Source: Octopus vulgaris (lineage: Eukaryota). Taken from it: a DNA stretch of 64,000 nucleotides. A program made the position numbers and the translations under genes. The stretch is from positions 74,958,001 to 75,022,000 of the forward strand of contig OX597827.1 in NCBI GenBank assembly GCA_951406725.2. Direction: 5' to 3'. The notes beneath the pieces are model-generated. The model had not been told where the DNA came from, did not search any database, and was given only the letters and a program-made list of their open reading frames with translations. Positions 28,101 through 43,600 of the stretch are shown here, piece after piece; position 1 is the stretch's first letter, and every line of letters starts with the position of its first letter.

Positions 28101-30037
28101 GCAAGTTATCAATGTTCCTTTCCTGTGGTTTATTAGATATCTCACCTCTGCTTTCTACTATGAGATTTCTTTTATCAGTAAGAACTGCATTTTCATCGTT
28201 TCCTCTACTGCTGTTTCCCAATACCCGTCTTTTGATAGCTTCGAGCTATACTTCCGTGAACCAACGATTTTTTTCTTATTTCTCTATCTTGATCACATAA
28301 TCTCTGTTCCGTGTATTGAAACTATCCTCTCTCTCTTCCTTGATCATAGATAAGTTGTCGGGGTCCCCTAATTTATGAACACCATTTTCGTCTACAGGGT
28401 TGCTCAGGTAGTAACATTCCATAACCACAGCATTGATTTGTTAGTTCCATCTAATCTGTGTGGTCGGATCCCTTGCTGGATAACGACAGGCTGGAGTCGG
28501 ACATGTAGCTCTGAGCCTGACAGGTGCAACGCTGTCACAATCATAGATTTCAGTTTCATTACTACTGTTATTCACAATATTTTTCATCGTCACTCATATG
28601 AGATAGCAATTATCAGATTGCACAATTACCAGTGTTTTCATTGTGACCCCATCACTAGATGTACCATCAATCAGGACATGGGAAGTTTCCAATCGCTTCC
28701 TATTATTATTATTATTATTATTATTATTATGTTTTTTTCCTTCTTTCTTCAAATTTTCTATCGTTTCTCGCCGAGTATTTTCCATACACCTAGAGCAGAG
28801 AAGGGCATTGTATGCATTCCCAGATTACATGCGCAAATTCACAGATAAAATATGTATTTAAAAATTAATAAATAAATAAATTCATGGATGGATGTTATTT
28901 TCACAACGATAGTGCTCTTCTCAGTAGATAAGCCGTTCCAGTTAATACAATTTTTTGCACTTCCTGTAGGGATGGTAAACCTGGAATCATTTTCAAATAG
29001 GTTTCAGTACCTTTTTTTATCATTCCTAGAGATCCTACAATCACTGGTACTGTAGTCGTCTTGAGATGCCACATTTTTTCAAGTTCCTTTAGCAGGTCTT
29101 TATATTTACTAATCTTCTCAGATTCTTTCGCCGCTGTATTGTGATCACAGGGAATACTCATATCTATTAATAAACACACATCCTTTTTGTCTGATCTTTT
29201 ATAATGATATCCGGTTTATTAGCTTTTATAGTCCTGTCGGTCTGCACGGGAAAGTCCCATAGAATCGACACATTTTCTCCCTCAGTCACAGCTTCAGGAT
29301 GATGTTTATACCATTTGTCAGCGGTTTTGATTTTGTAATGCTGACATATTGTCCAGTGTAAATACTGGCCGACTCTGTCATGTCTTGCTTTATATTCTGC
29401 AGGTGCTAAGACTCTACACCCTGAGATTAGGTGGTCTATTGTTTCAATCACATCATTACAGAATCGGCATTTTATCTCAGCTCCATTTTTCATCACTTTG
29501 GCTTGGTAGTTCCGGGTAAAAAGCTTTGGTCTTCAGCAGCTAATATGAAACCTTCATTCTCTGCTTTTAGCCCTGAACTTCATAACCATTGGTGCGTGTG
29601 TTTCTGGCGGACATCAGCTTGTTTGCTACGGGCCACATACTTGCCATGGAAAGGTTTCTGGTCCCATCTGCTAGCTAAATTTTCATGTGCTTTTGTCTTT
29701 GCAATTAATTTCATTTTCTTTGCTGCTGCAGTTGGCGCATTTCCTTCAGCCTGCTCAATCTGGTGGGTATCTAAGGGATCAGCAGCGAATTTTTTGCTCT
29801 CTTTGAGAATAGAGTGAAGTTTTTTAGGCCTTTCATGTTTTTCAACAAGTTTTAGCATCCAATCGTTGGTTGCTTCAAGGTATTTGGCCAATCCGATTGT
29901 GGTGGTTTTGTATGTAAGTTCAAGCTGGATCAAACCTCGACATCCCTGAGCTCTGGGAAGGTAAAGGCGATCCACGTCTGCCTTTGGATGGTGCATCTTA
30001 TTACAAGTCAGAAGCTTGTGGATTTTCCTGCCAATTT

Positions 30038-30072
<35 letters not shown>

Positions 30073-33000
30073 GAGTGAGAGAGCAGTGCATGCCATCAAA
30101 GTGACACTGGGGTAAAATATACGAAGCCCAGTATACACATCATGACTACCCGTCTGATAAGGGTACACATGCATCACAACTATATGTGCGCAACATGGTG
30201 ATCTCATATCAAGATAAATAGCGCAGACGACTATTTCAAGCAATTAGTTAGATGTCTTCAGGCACACAATCTTCTGCCATCTGCCTCCTAAGTACACGCT
30301 GTGCCACCCTTGCATACTTTGTTATCTTCCCTGTTAGCACACGTTCTTTGCCCATGTTAGTATACTATGTAGTCAACGTTGACAATACATGTTATTACTT
30401 CCCTTGTCATCACAAGTTGTCGTTCCCTGTGATGTACCCCTAGCTGTACCCCTTGTTAGTATACTTTGTTATGTTGTTAGCTTAGGCTGTTGTTTCTCTA
30501 GTTTGTATATCTTGTTGTCTCCCTTGTTTTTATATTTTGTTGAAAAAGCAAGTACATTGTTAGTACACTGTTCCATGTCACACACAGTACTGTCACCCTT
30601 GTTGGTAATCTTTGCTATATCTTGTATTAGCATCTCAGAATACATAACTAAAAAGAACAACAATTGCAATACACAATGACAACAGAAAGCAAACGTTATT
30701 AACCTTCTTTACAAGTGCCTGAAGTGAAACCAGGTGGACATCCATGTGGGCATATTCCAGTGACTCTGTCGCACACGTCCTTATCTCGACAGTTGCATTC
30801 CTCATTACAGCCAGAACCATACTTTCCAGGAGAACACTCTGAAAAGAACAATTTCTTTTAATATCCACCAGATTTGATGTTAAACAGACTCTGTTAAAGT
30901 TTAAAATATCAGATACACTTTACTGACTACATGAATTAAGAATTAGAAGAGACAAGTTAAAAGCTACCGAAAGAATTATGTGAAGGATTTCCTTACGATG
31001 CCATTTATCAAATGCTGTTTCTGTTATTGCGGAGTTCAGTTTAAAATCAGATACGATGAGCATATCTATAATAGTTGATCGAAAGAGTAAGTGCAAGTCA
31101 CAGATCTATTACACTTGATATACGAAGCCTTCACCACTTGGTGGGCCTTCGCACTAATACATCCTGAATATGAATTATTGTCAGTTGGGACATGTGTTTC
31201 TTTTTTTGCCCAGTCTATTTTTGTATGCTTGTCGGTTCAAGTGATGAACTCCTCGAGGACAAATGTGAAATCTAGAGAGCGCTTAAGGTGGTTCTTGGAG
31301 TTGTTTGGCCCCAAAACAATGACCACCCAGCTTATTTTCAGAGAGTGTATACAGTATCTGAATAGCTAAATTATCTTATGTATTCTTTCTTTGTATACGA
31401 GGGTAGTGTGTGATTTGAGGAAGATTTGGCTACTATTTCTTGCAGGTCAGGATTGTGTGTGTGTGTGTGTGTGTGTTTTCCTTGGACGGATATTCTCTTC
31501 AGAATAGTGTTGAAATTGTTGTTGCTTCGATCACTGTTAGCCTTGATCAGATATCTAAGGTATTCCGTCATTCGCTGTTGGTTTTAAGTGTAAAATATCT
31601 TTTTAAGATGGAGAATGCAATTTGAATGGCATTTGGCTGCTATTTTTAACAAATCAATCAATCCTACAAAATTTCTTTCATGGTCCTTTGGTGTTGTAGC
31701 AGTGTTGGGCTGTGTAACAGATATATTTGAAGGAGTATGAGAGATTGATATTGCAGTAGTTGTGAAGGCGTTGTATATGGAAATGTTTGCTAACGGAGTT
31801 ATAGAGATTGTAAGGGTTAGATTTTGCTGTACCAACACAATTTGTTCTTCGCTAGCTTTGGAGTGATTACATTTTTAGGGTTCACTTAGAATGAGGAATG
31901 AAAGTAACATATGAAGGTGATGCATATCTGTTATTGGAAGTTATGTGCAGTTTAAGATTAAAAGGAATGGGTAGAGTTCGGGTCTTTGTGGTAACTATAC
32001 GGAATTTCTCTTATATTTCATGGCTTAAATATTTTTAAAATCTTTACTCTTATCTAAACATATATTTTGAGTAACTACTATACCAATAGTTGCCCCTGTT
32101 AAGTACTACTCAACAAAATCGCATATGTCTGCTTATAAACTGTCCGCTCTACAAGTCAGACACTCAGACTTCAGAAATCCGATCCTTTTCTTCCAAAGAC
32201 TTGGTGGATTAAACTATCTTCTAATCTCTGTCATTAACTCTTTGTTGATTAATCCATTATCTCCAATTTGACAGAGAAATTAGGAGAGGTATTTTATTTC
32301 TTCCGAAACTGACCTTCTCTGATGTCTAAATTTACTTTTCTTTACTATATATGAACTTCTCTATTTTACGAATTTTAATAATCTTGTAATAATACCCAAA
32401 CTGGGCGTTGCAATACAATGATTTACCTCGAGGTGTAATTAGATGTGCCACGACAATAATACAATATTTTAAAGCAGAAAAGACAAAATAATGTACTTAA
32501 TATAAAGTACTTCCTTTATTTACTAGCATTACATGTAAAAAAATAGATTGAAGAAGAAATAAGGTATGTATAAATCTCATAAAGATGTGTTAAGTAGCTG
32601 TTTTTGTTTCGATTCTGTTTGAAAATTTAATTAAATATGACTAGATTTAATACATGCACATCTTCATCATTTTAAACTTTGTGTATCGTATCTCCCACTA
32701 AAAGCCGATTTTTTCAAGAAGGAAAAAAATATTGGATTAGTTCTATATTCTTGACGCCAAAAGGATGAAAGGAAAAATTGGTTTAATCGACTGATACTGA
32801 TATCTCCCAAATTTTTCGAAGTATGAAATCTACAGCTGAAAATGAATCTTTAATGTCTTCATAGTCGTATTTGCACTTTAAGATTGAGTGAGAATATAAA
32901 TTCCAACAGCTATAGTATTCTTGTAAGAAAATAGGTACGTTTATCTTTAATAAATTCAAACATTGAAATATATTGATAAAAATATCAATATCCGTTTCTC

Positions 33001-33725
33001 ATTCATAACTAAATCTATTTACTTAATAAGGAAGTCAGTACCAAACAGATCCCTCTGGTTTAATTTGTTTATATTTCCTAGTTGTACAAGAAAGTAACTT
33101 GAATCTACTACCTCGTCGAACAGCCATTTAATCAATAGCACACAAAACCGTTAAATCTCATAAAATTTGATGTGATGTTAAACATATTGACACACAACTG
33201 CGAATTGGTCACTAACTCAGCATTGCAGTGGATCTATGTCAAGAACCATTTTACAGCTGCGTGACGAAAATTTTGATACCTCATGAAATAAATTTAGATT
33301 TATAATGAATTTGTTGATTTCTTTTTGTTTCCTTTTGATGAGACGTAGAAAAAAGATACTAAATTGAAAGAATTGTTGCAGTGTATTGCAAAATCCTTGC
33401 AGTATTTAGCTCTGGCCATTTACGTCTGAAGTTAACTCTTCATTAGGATCTGAAGTTAACTGACATTAACTCCACTTTTCATCCTTCCAGAATTAATAAT
33501 ATTAAAAAAAATTTACCAATACCGGAATTGGTTTAATCGACTGATACTGATATCTCCCAAATTTTTCGAAGTATGAAACCTACGGCTGAAAATGAATCTT
33601 TAATGTCTTCATAGTCGTGTTTGCACTTTAAGATTGAGTGTGAATATAAATTCCAACAGCTATAGTATTCTTGTAAGAAAACACCCAGGAATTATTAACT
33701 TTGAAACATATTCTACAAAATGTTA

Positions 33726-33770
<45 letters not shown>

Positions 33771-35800
33771 CAGCAGCAGCAGTAGCAGGAGGAATTCAAA
33801 AACTGGTGGAAGATACGGGGTAATTTATCCTCAGAGCAGAGACGATCCGGAATGCGACAGAGTGGTTACTTCTAAAGGCAGCCAAGGAGTAGGTCATGAT
33901 GTTAAAATGTGTAGTAGTAGTAGTAGTAAGTATAATTTTTATGGCCGCCCTACTAAGGAGACACGGTACCTCGAAGCTCTGTAAGTTGTAGTAGTGCTTG
34001 AATTTGAACAGTGCATAGCAGCCAATCCTGACAGCAAGGTTTTCTGGATATATGTGCATTCAAAGCAGAGACCTCACTCTCCAGTGGGCCCTCTTCGCAA
34101 CCCTCACACAAACCAGATCACTGACGACCCCAAGGAACGCGCAGAACTCATTGCCGAGTGCTATTCAAACATATTCACTGTTGAAAGTCAAAATGTACCA
34201 TCTTCACCATCACTAACAGCAAATTCCATAACAACTATGGAATTTACACCTGCAATGCTGCGATGTCACCTTCAAAATAAGTGCAACTATGCCTCTCCTA
34301 GTCTTGATGGAGTTACATACCTGCTTCTCAAACATGGCAGGTACTTCCTTTTATACCAGCTTTCTATTTTCTTCCAGTAATGTCTCAACAATGGTGCTAC
34401 TCCGGAGCAGTGGAAAACTGCCAGTGTCATTCCTCTGTTCAAAAAGGGCGACCGCACATCACCTGTCAACTATTGCCCAGTCAGTCTCACTAGCTGTATT
34501 GCAAAACTGATGGAATCGTGTGTCAGAGAAACACTCTGGAACTTCTGAGCTCTCACAGTCTCATCCGAGCCTCACAATATGGATTTGTCCCTAACTCCAG
34601 CTGCAGTGATCAGCTTGTCGAGTTCCTTGAGGACATTACTCAGATCACTGACAGTGGCTCATGGGTGGATGTTGTCTACCTTGACTTTGCTAAGGCTTTC
34701 AACTCTGTGCCACACAAAAGGCTTATGGTGAAACTCTCTGCAATGGGTGTGAGGGATGACCTTTTTAACCGGTTGAAATCCTTCATTCTCAGCCGAAAGG
34801 AGGTAGTCACAGTTCTAGGACAGCATTCTACACCATATGAGATGTCGTCGGGTGTACCACAGGGATCTGTCCTTGTTTCTTGTTTGTGGCATACATTAAT
34901 GACATAGATGCCAATTTAAAGAATGCCACAGTATTGAAATATGCAGACGACATCAAGCTGTACCTTGAAATCAAGAGGAGAGATCCTGATGTCTACGAAT
35001 CTTTCCTGCAATCAGACCTAGACACAATGCAGCAATGGATCACAGACTGGCAACTGAAACTGGCTGTGGACAAGTGTACCACCATGCATTTTGGGAGAAA
35101 AAACCCTGCGTCCACATACTCCCTCCACAACACTGATATCAAGAAATCCTCCTGCGAGCATGACCTAGGCATCACTGTCAGCAGTGATTTGCGTTGGACA
35201 AAGCATATCTCTAAAATAGTCAAGAAGGCCGAGGGTGTCTTGGCATCACTCAGCAAGACTTTTCTTAGCCGCTCTCCAGCCATCTATTTAAAACTGTATA
35301 CAGCTATGGTATGACCACACTTGGAATTCGCATCATCAGTTTGGAACCCCTATCTTGCTCAGAACATTGACCTCCTGGAATCTGTCCAGAGACGTGCAAC
35401 CAAACGCATACCCTCCATCAGACACCTACCATATTCTGAGCGCCTTGTTTCCCTGGGCATGGATTCACTGAAGCTCCAGCGTCGGCGACGGACTTGGTAA
35501 ACACCCCACAAAGTTATCAACCACCTCACCAACAACAACACTGAACACCTTTTTGATCTCCATGTGTCTAACACACGTGGACATGCCTACAAAGTCAGAA
35601 AACAACACAGCTCCTATGACTTTCGGAAACATTTTTTCACGCTCAGAGTTGCTGAAGCATGGAATAAACTGCCTGCGTCAGTTGTTGACTGCCATGACAC
35701 TGCATCATTTAAGGCCGTCATGCTTTCCAAAATCCACCGAAACTACACCTGATTATATATACACTTTAGATGAGTTGTAATGCCCTGATCACTGTACACA

Positions 35801-35871
<71 letters not shown>

Positions 35872-38341
35872 TTTTTCGGAATTCTAAGGCACCGTTCTTT
35901 CGTTTCTTTTATCACCACCTTGTTTCTGACATTGCCTGGACTGCGCGAATAGTATTTTTGCTTAGTAATGCATTCTGTTTTGCGGGAGATGCGCATTAAT
36001 TTTTTTTTTTTTTTGCCAACTAATGGAGAAGACAAATATTTTCTTATTTTCCATATATATTGAAACATGGCTGATAAAGAAGTCATTATAATGTTCGAAG
36101 ACGGGATGCGTTCCTTGTCGGAGAAAAAAGAGAATACTGGCATACCATTGACTACAGTATGTGACCACCAAGCCAGTGAAAAAGAAAACCGAGTTAAATA
36201 CATTTTCGTCTCTAAACAATGCTGAAACAGTGAAGTAGCAATTAAAGAAAACATACGAAGACGACGGCGACGATGACGACAACAACAACGTCAACAGCAA
36301 TACTAATGATAACGAAGTGAAAGTTAAAGAAGGAAAGATAAAAAAAGAAAATTTGAAAGGAAACGTGAACATCACTACCGCCATAGACGCCACAACAGTC
36401 TCCGCTGCAGCCGCTAAAGCAGCAAGGAATCCTGGAATTAGGATTTTTAAATTTTTTTTTTTTTTTTTGTAAATGCTACGAGAAATCTTGAAGATTTCCC
36501 CATCGACGAAGAAGAATTGAAATTGGCCCAAAAAATCGTTCAAAGAAATGGAAGAAAAGTTGCCCAAAACTCTCCACTAGACGTGATCGGAAACATCTTA
36601 AGATACTCGGTTACATACTGCTGCATTGGAGTAAAATCGCTCCGAATGAAAAATGCTTCTGAAAGCTAAATCCAGAAATGCTTTGAATGCGCATGACAAC
36701 AGAAGACCCACATCATCCGAGGAAAGAAATTTGGGACGATTGAAGGTATTGCAGCTAACACCTTGCTAAAGTTGTGGTGATGAACGTGAAATATCGCCAG
36801 AAATATCCATCGCCAGATGGTTAGTGGCCGCCGTCTTGGCAAGAATAGAGGAAGACAACGTGACTATCTTGGAGGTAAAGAAAATACCTCAACAAAACTG
36901 GTCATGTATAGGTATGAAACTAACATTACAATGTATGCAATCCTATATCGAAGAGCTACCTAACCTAATGGGCCTCCCGGATGGTACTCACCTGTCAGTG
37001 TTAATGGAGGGTAGAAAACCAAGATGCCATATATATGACTCATTTAAAAGCTTTCTGCCCTCAAGCAAGGAAAACAAAATTCCCACCTCTACCAACACCA
37101 CAAACACAAAATCATGGAGACATGCTCAAGATTGCTTCGCCCACACCAATACAAAGAAGTCTACTCCCGGCTACCACGAAATCAAGCTTCACCTGGACGT
37201 CCTGCCTCCCAAACCAACATCAACAGCAATGATATGGAGAGAGAAGAGCAGACCGAATAATGTATCACTGTGACAAACAGGAAGAGACGAAAGGGGAGGA
37301 AAGTACTTACACTTGCTCAAGAACACAGCAAGACGAAAGTCAAACACCACTACTGCAACCCAATTCGCAACCACTCCAACAAAAATAACAACGACAACTT
37401 TTACAAAAACAGGAGCATCTTCAACAATAACTTGAAAACATAGAAACAGCCAATAATGAAACTGCAAAAACAAGAAAATACTTTCAATTTTAGGTGAAAT
37501 GTATCCATCAATTTCACTTTGTGAACAAATGCAACAGTGAATTGATGGATTTTGTAAATGAAAATAAAATCAAAACTACGACACAGGGAAAGGAATTTAA
37601 GGATTTCATCTTCAAACTCCGAAGGACAGATTATTAGTTAAAATGTCCTCAGACTTTTAAAAACACTCAGCGAAAAATTCTTGATTTAGATGTGGTTACC
37701 ATTAGTGAAACAGTTGGAATGTACAGAGCGACAAATCTAAAAACACTACCTTCGCTATTGCTTACATCTAGGGCCATCAACTTACCATCCGGGCCCAGGA
37801 GGATCTGCCGTACCTCGAAATGCAGGCCTTTGCTAAACAGCACTGCCGCTCTTTTTCCCATTCCAAGCCAAAAGATGCGTTAATCTTAAAATTGTCGAAA
37901 ATAGGTTTTAGATCGCTGCGTCAGAAGTCCTGGTTTCGCTGACGGCCTTCACATCCGTCGTTAGTAACCTGAGGTCGTTGAGCAGATGACCTTGGTTCCA
38001 GGGCGACCACAAGTCTTGAACATTTGTACAACTCACTCTTAAGCCCACCATGATGATCGGAAAGAGCTTGAAGAAAAACTTAGGCCTACATACACACCAA
38101 GTACTACTGAAGGTCAGGTGGTTCAACTTCCATATATATTTGGGTTCCTTTGGGAACCCCTTTAAAAGCCTACTCATGGCTTTTACATTAGGAGTTGCCA
38201 ATCCGTAGATTTTACATTAGGAGTTCCCTAATGCTTTTAAATATTTCCACAGTCATACGCACTATCATTAATATTTCTGTCACTAGAACGGTGGTGGCGC
38301 CGATGAACTTACCCTCTCACACCCTCTCTCTCTCTCTCTCA

Positions 38342-38437
<96 letters not shown>

Positions 38438-40646
38438 AGAGTTTACGAAATAAACAAAAGACGAAGACAGGTGGTGTACAAAACAAGCAGATGTATTAGT
38501 ATAACACACAGGAATAGAAAAAATCGTTTACGTTTCGAGCCAATGCTCTTCTACAGAAAAAACAGGGAGAGAAAAAAAATGTATACATATATATGTATAT
38601 AAATGGATATATATATATATTTCTTTTCTTCGTGCTGTGAGAGCCATCCTAACTAGCACTAAGTTTTGTGTTTGTGATTGGTTGTTATTACTTGGGGTGT
38701 TTTCTTTTTGTGAAGTGTTGCAGTGCTGCTAGTATTGGTGGAGATGGTTGTAATAGCAGTGGATGTATTGGTAATTGTAGTACAAGAGAGGTTGGCATTG
38801 CTGTAGGTGTGTTTGTGGATATTGTGAGCATATTTTCGAGGATTTTGGCGTGCGTTGGCAAGGGGAATGATACTTTATGCTTTTTATATTTCTTTTTCAG
38901 GTGGGGTTTCTCCCTCGTTTTCACTTTGTGTTGCAGAGGTATCAGTATCTGTAGAATCAGAGTGCAAGTCTGTATGTATTTGACCTTAAAGGAGATGGAG
39001 TGGGGACAGGAGAGGCCGGGCTTCGTTGAAAGGGACACCTTGAGTGTCGGGTGTACGTTATAATTATTCTTTCTGCTGAGGGTGGTGGTGATGGTGCGTC
39101 TGTTACTCGCGTTATTGGTATTGTTGATGTTGTTGTATTCCTCGGTTTCTTCCAGCATTTGCTGATTTTGTTGTTCTTGTTGATGATGCTGTTGTTTCCA
39201 GAGTTGTTGCAGCCTTTATTGTTGTTCGCTGATAGCTGACTTGTGGCCTATGGGGACCTGGTATTGACAATAAGTAGGCCCTATTGTTCCCTATCTTCTG
39301 TTTCGAAGAGAAAGCTTTCAAGTGGCCAAGCCCCCAACCTCCACGTAGGTGGTGCCATGGCCTTCTAACATCAACTGTAAGATGCAGTAATTCTTCTCCA
39401 AGAATACCAAAGAGATCTGGGATCTTGTGGATTGTGTCTGGTTTAATGTAGAGTAGTACCTTCACACTAATCCCAGACCAATTTCCACGACGGTTTCCCT
39501 TCACCTCCAGGCGGTTGTTATGCCCTCATAATACGACGCACGCTAAAATCCACCATAAATTTAACTCAGGTGGAATTCTTGAGATCTTCACTCTCACAGT
39601 CCACCTTCCTAATACGATGGATAGAGAAGATGTTTTTCGCTCCGACAGGGAGCCACAGAGTATTTGACGGCCAGAACTTCAATCTTGAAGAGCAATCAAA
39701 TACCCACAAATTGCTTGGCTCTCGAGATGTGCTGAATGTCGGATATTATTTCTTTCTCCAATGTACGGACACTGAATTATTCCATGCAAGACGGTTTCGG
39801 CCCCCTGCATGCACCTCAAGCAGGCTCGGCTGTTGGATCTTCCATGCCTGAAGAGTTATTCTCTAACAGGCAATGTCTCACTGTAGTACTGCTATACCAA
39901 AGACTTTTAGAAAGTGTCCATGATCTTCGACCCGAAGATCTTCTGTCCAGGCTTAGATTCAATCCTAAACCATCATCGCTCACACCCTCAACTAGCCCAA
40001 CGCCCGAGAAATCTTGATGTGTTTTCCCGTTAACAGTTTTGTGCAGCTAATGCAATTCGATGAGTTCCTGGCAATATTCTAGATGCCAAATACTCAACTT
40101 TGGTCTTTGTTTGATCCACGACTAGAGTTCTGTCAACAAGAAATGCTGCAGAAAAGCTCGTTCTTATTTTCTCTGCTGTTGTTCACATCATCGCTGTGAT
40201 TTATATATCTCTATAGGTGATACAGCTTTAAGACTTGGCACCTCATCCTCAAAGATGTCATCCCAAGACCACCACAGTGTGAATGCCGGCATCAATTGGT
40301 TTTTCTGACCATAACAATCAAAAAAGTAAGCGTTCCAATCTGGTCTAGGTTGTCTTAGGACAGGTACGACAGTTGGGTGATAGTATACCACCGAGGCGAT
40401 ATATGCATTTGCTATAATGATAATGATTATTTCAAATTTAGGCACAAGGCCAGCAAGATCGGGGAAGGGAGTAAATATCGACCCCAGTGTTCAACTGATA
40501 CTTAATTTATTGACCACGAAATGATGAAATGGCAAATCGCCTTCGACGGAATTTGAAATCAGAACATAAGGTCGAACGAAAATACTACTTAGTATTTTAC
40601 TCGGCATACTAATGATTCTACCAGCTCGCCATAATAATAATAATAG

Positions 40647-40698
<52 letters not shown>

Positions 40699-43600
40699 GA
40701 TAATAATAATAATAATAATGATAATGATGATGATGACAATGACGACGACGACGACGATAATGATGATTTTGCAACAAGGGCAGCAAGTTCGGGGTAGGTG
40801 ATGAGTTGATTTCATCGACCTCAGTACTCAACGACTACTTACTTTATCGACCCTGAAAGGATAAAAGGCAAAGTCGACTTGGGAGTAATTTGAACGTAAA
40901 GAAGAAGAAGGAGGAGGAGAGGAGGAGAAGTAGAAGAAGAAGAAGACGAACAACAACAACAACAACATGATCATCTTTATCATCATTAAGATATTTATGT
41001 ACTGAGTGCATTAGATACGGAGAGGTAACTTTACCTGTGTGGGTGTTACTTCCACAAATTTTAGGATGTTAAACATGTTTGTTGTTCACATTTACTTCCC
41101 TCAGTTTTCATTAATAATCTCTATATATATAAACGGCAAAATGTCTGCGTGCGTGTCCTTTATACAAATCCACAATTTTTCAGTTAGAGGGCTCGCACTT
41201 TCTATGGTCATTCAAAACCGTCCAAGGCTAGTCGAGCACATCTTTACATTTCCCCAGTCACCCTGTAAAGCCATTAAAAAATCAATAGAAGTGACTTTTT
41301 TGTGAATTTTCTTTCCAAAACCAATCAAAATGCCCAAAACTTGATATGCCAATTGAATGCCAGCTAGCTGTATGTGATTGGTCGGAGATTTGGACAGTAC
41401 TCGCGTGTATGTGTGCACGCACGCAGCTGTATATGCATGCACTAGCACTATGACCCGGCGTTGCCGGGTCATAGTGCTAGTTCAACATAACTCAATACTT
41501 AGCAAAATAAGTATTTATATACTTATGCCCTTGTAGAGAGTACGACAACTTGAATTAATCAATACATGTATATATACAATACCTATATACAATACATGTA
41601 TATAGGTGAGATAGACATTGTTAAAGTAAGATTATAACAATCAAAATTTTAAGTAAGACATCTCAATATCAAATAGAAAAAAATTTTTAATGAGTTTATG
41701 CACTTGTATCCCACTTAATTAAAGTTAAGAACAATCATGTGTGTGAGTTGTGGGGTTTTAGTTTGATTATTAGTATAGACATATACTTACGTTCCTGACA
41801 GTCGGAACCCCTGTATCCAGTTGCACAGCCTCTAGGACATGCACCATGAATCGGGTTGCAGTTGTCATCATCAATACAATTACATGTTTTGTTGCAATGT
41901 AGTCCATATGTGCCTTCATCGCAGACTGTAAAACAAACGTATTATACCTTATGTTGCATAAAACGGTAAAGAACTCCTTTCATAAATGAAAAGATGGAAA
42001 AAAATCAATGAATGACTGATGACCAAGACAACCATAATAGGAAATGATTTAACCAACTACGGCGCCTCAATATTTTCGATTGATCTGCTAGTAACAGCGA
42101 CCAAATCTTCCTCAAACAATACCCTGTTAGACTACAAACAAGAAACATTAAACAATGGAGACCTAAATATCTCTTAAGATGGCCACGGGTGGAATATCTA
42201 TAACCGTAGATCTTTCTAATCAGTCAGGATTCATCAGAATATAAACAACAGCAGTAATAGTGGTTGAATAACATAGGACTGCCTTCTCGATCTGAGTTTA
42301 CCTAAATGCAAATAACATCATCAGCAACAACAAAAGCAATGATATACAAATAAATAAGAAAGCCAATCTCTCAGCAATCGCTCAACTTCCTAGTACATCG
42401 TATCAACGAGGGAACTGACTTGGGCTTCATCTTTACCATAAAGTTTGAGGTCATCCATGAATAACAAGTGGTTGACTATTTGTTGCTGGCTTTTGAATAC
42501 ATACCCAGCTTTTGCTTTCCTGAGAATCAGCGTTAGTGGTATCAAGCACAGTACAAAGATCAATGGAGACAGGCAGTCCTCTTGGAAGATGCCTTTCTGA
42601 TTTCTACTTTCCCTAAACTTCTTTCGTATGCTGCCAGGTCCATCCTCCAATTCACCATACTTTTTCCAAGCAATCGCTCAACATTCGATGCAATACCAAA
42701 TAGGTTCATACATTCCATAATCCAAGAATGTAGGATCATATTGTACGCCTTACGATAGTCGATCCATGACATGGCTAAGTTACTTTTCCTCCTCTTACAG
42801 TCTCTAAAAACAGTTTTGTCTATCAGGAGTTGATCCTTGGTACCTCTGCACTTACGCTTGCAACCCTTCTGCTCATGTGGCAGGACTCCAAATTTTTTTC
42901 GAGATGTTCGTACATTGACTCTGCGAGTATTCCAGTTAATAATTTCCACGTAAGTGGCAAACAAGATATTGGCCAGTAGTTGTGTACCATATTGCCTTTT
43001 TCGATGTTTTTCAAGCACGGCACTGTCCTACCCAATGTCAACCACTCTGGTGTTACTTGGTCGGCATTTAACAAGGTGTTGATTTGTGCAGCTATTCATG
43101 CATAACATTCACCAAATCATTTGATCCAGTAGCCTTGAACTCCATCTGATCCCGGGGCCTTCCAGTTGCTCTTTGTTTTTTTTTTTGCTTATTTCCTTCA
43201 CTTTCCGTACTGAAATGACTAGTCCTGTCTGTTTTGGACAGACTACTGTTTGTTTCAGTTCTTGCAACCATAACCATTCAGCATCCTTTTCGTGCTCCTT
43301 ATCTTTGCTCCAGATGTCACTCGAACATCTTTGACTTTCATTGTTATCTGGTATCAACTTTTCATCTGTACATTCTCCATTTATTCCTTTATGGAATCTC
43401 TTCTGATCTACTCTGAATAACCCATGCTGGTGGTAACCCTTCATTCTTTGGTCATATCTTACCATCTTTGCTTTCTTTGCAATGAAGTGCTGTTTCAGTT
43501 CTTCTATTACCACTTTCAGGCCCTTTCTTTCAGTATCATACTTCCTGTTCGGTGTCATGTATTTTTATTCGTTTTTAAGTAACCTCTTCTCTTTTCGGTT

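Larger units (their letters stand above)
20513..39243. repeat. Tandem unit copy 2 (~18.7 kb; lacks the exon B region, has a doubled Helitron)
   Basis: Collinear with copy 1 apart from indels. Confidence 0.95.

Noticed and set aside
33160-33260. Extra Cys-containing exon in the copy-2-specific segment
   Set aside because: Stops occur in all three minus-strand frames after the candidate acceptor; no EGF pattern
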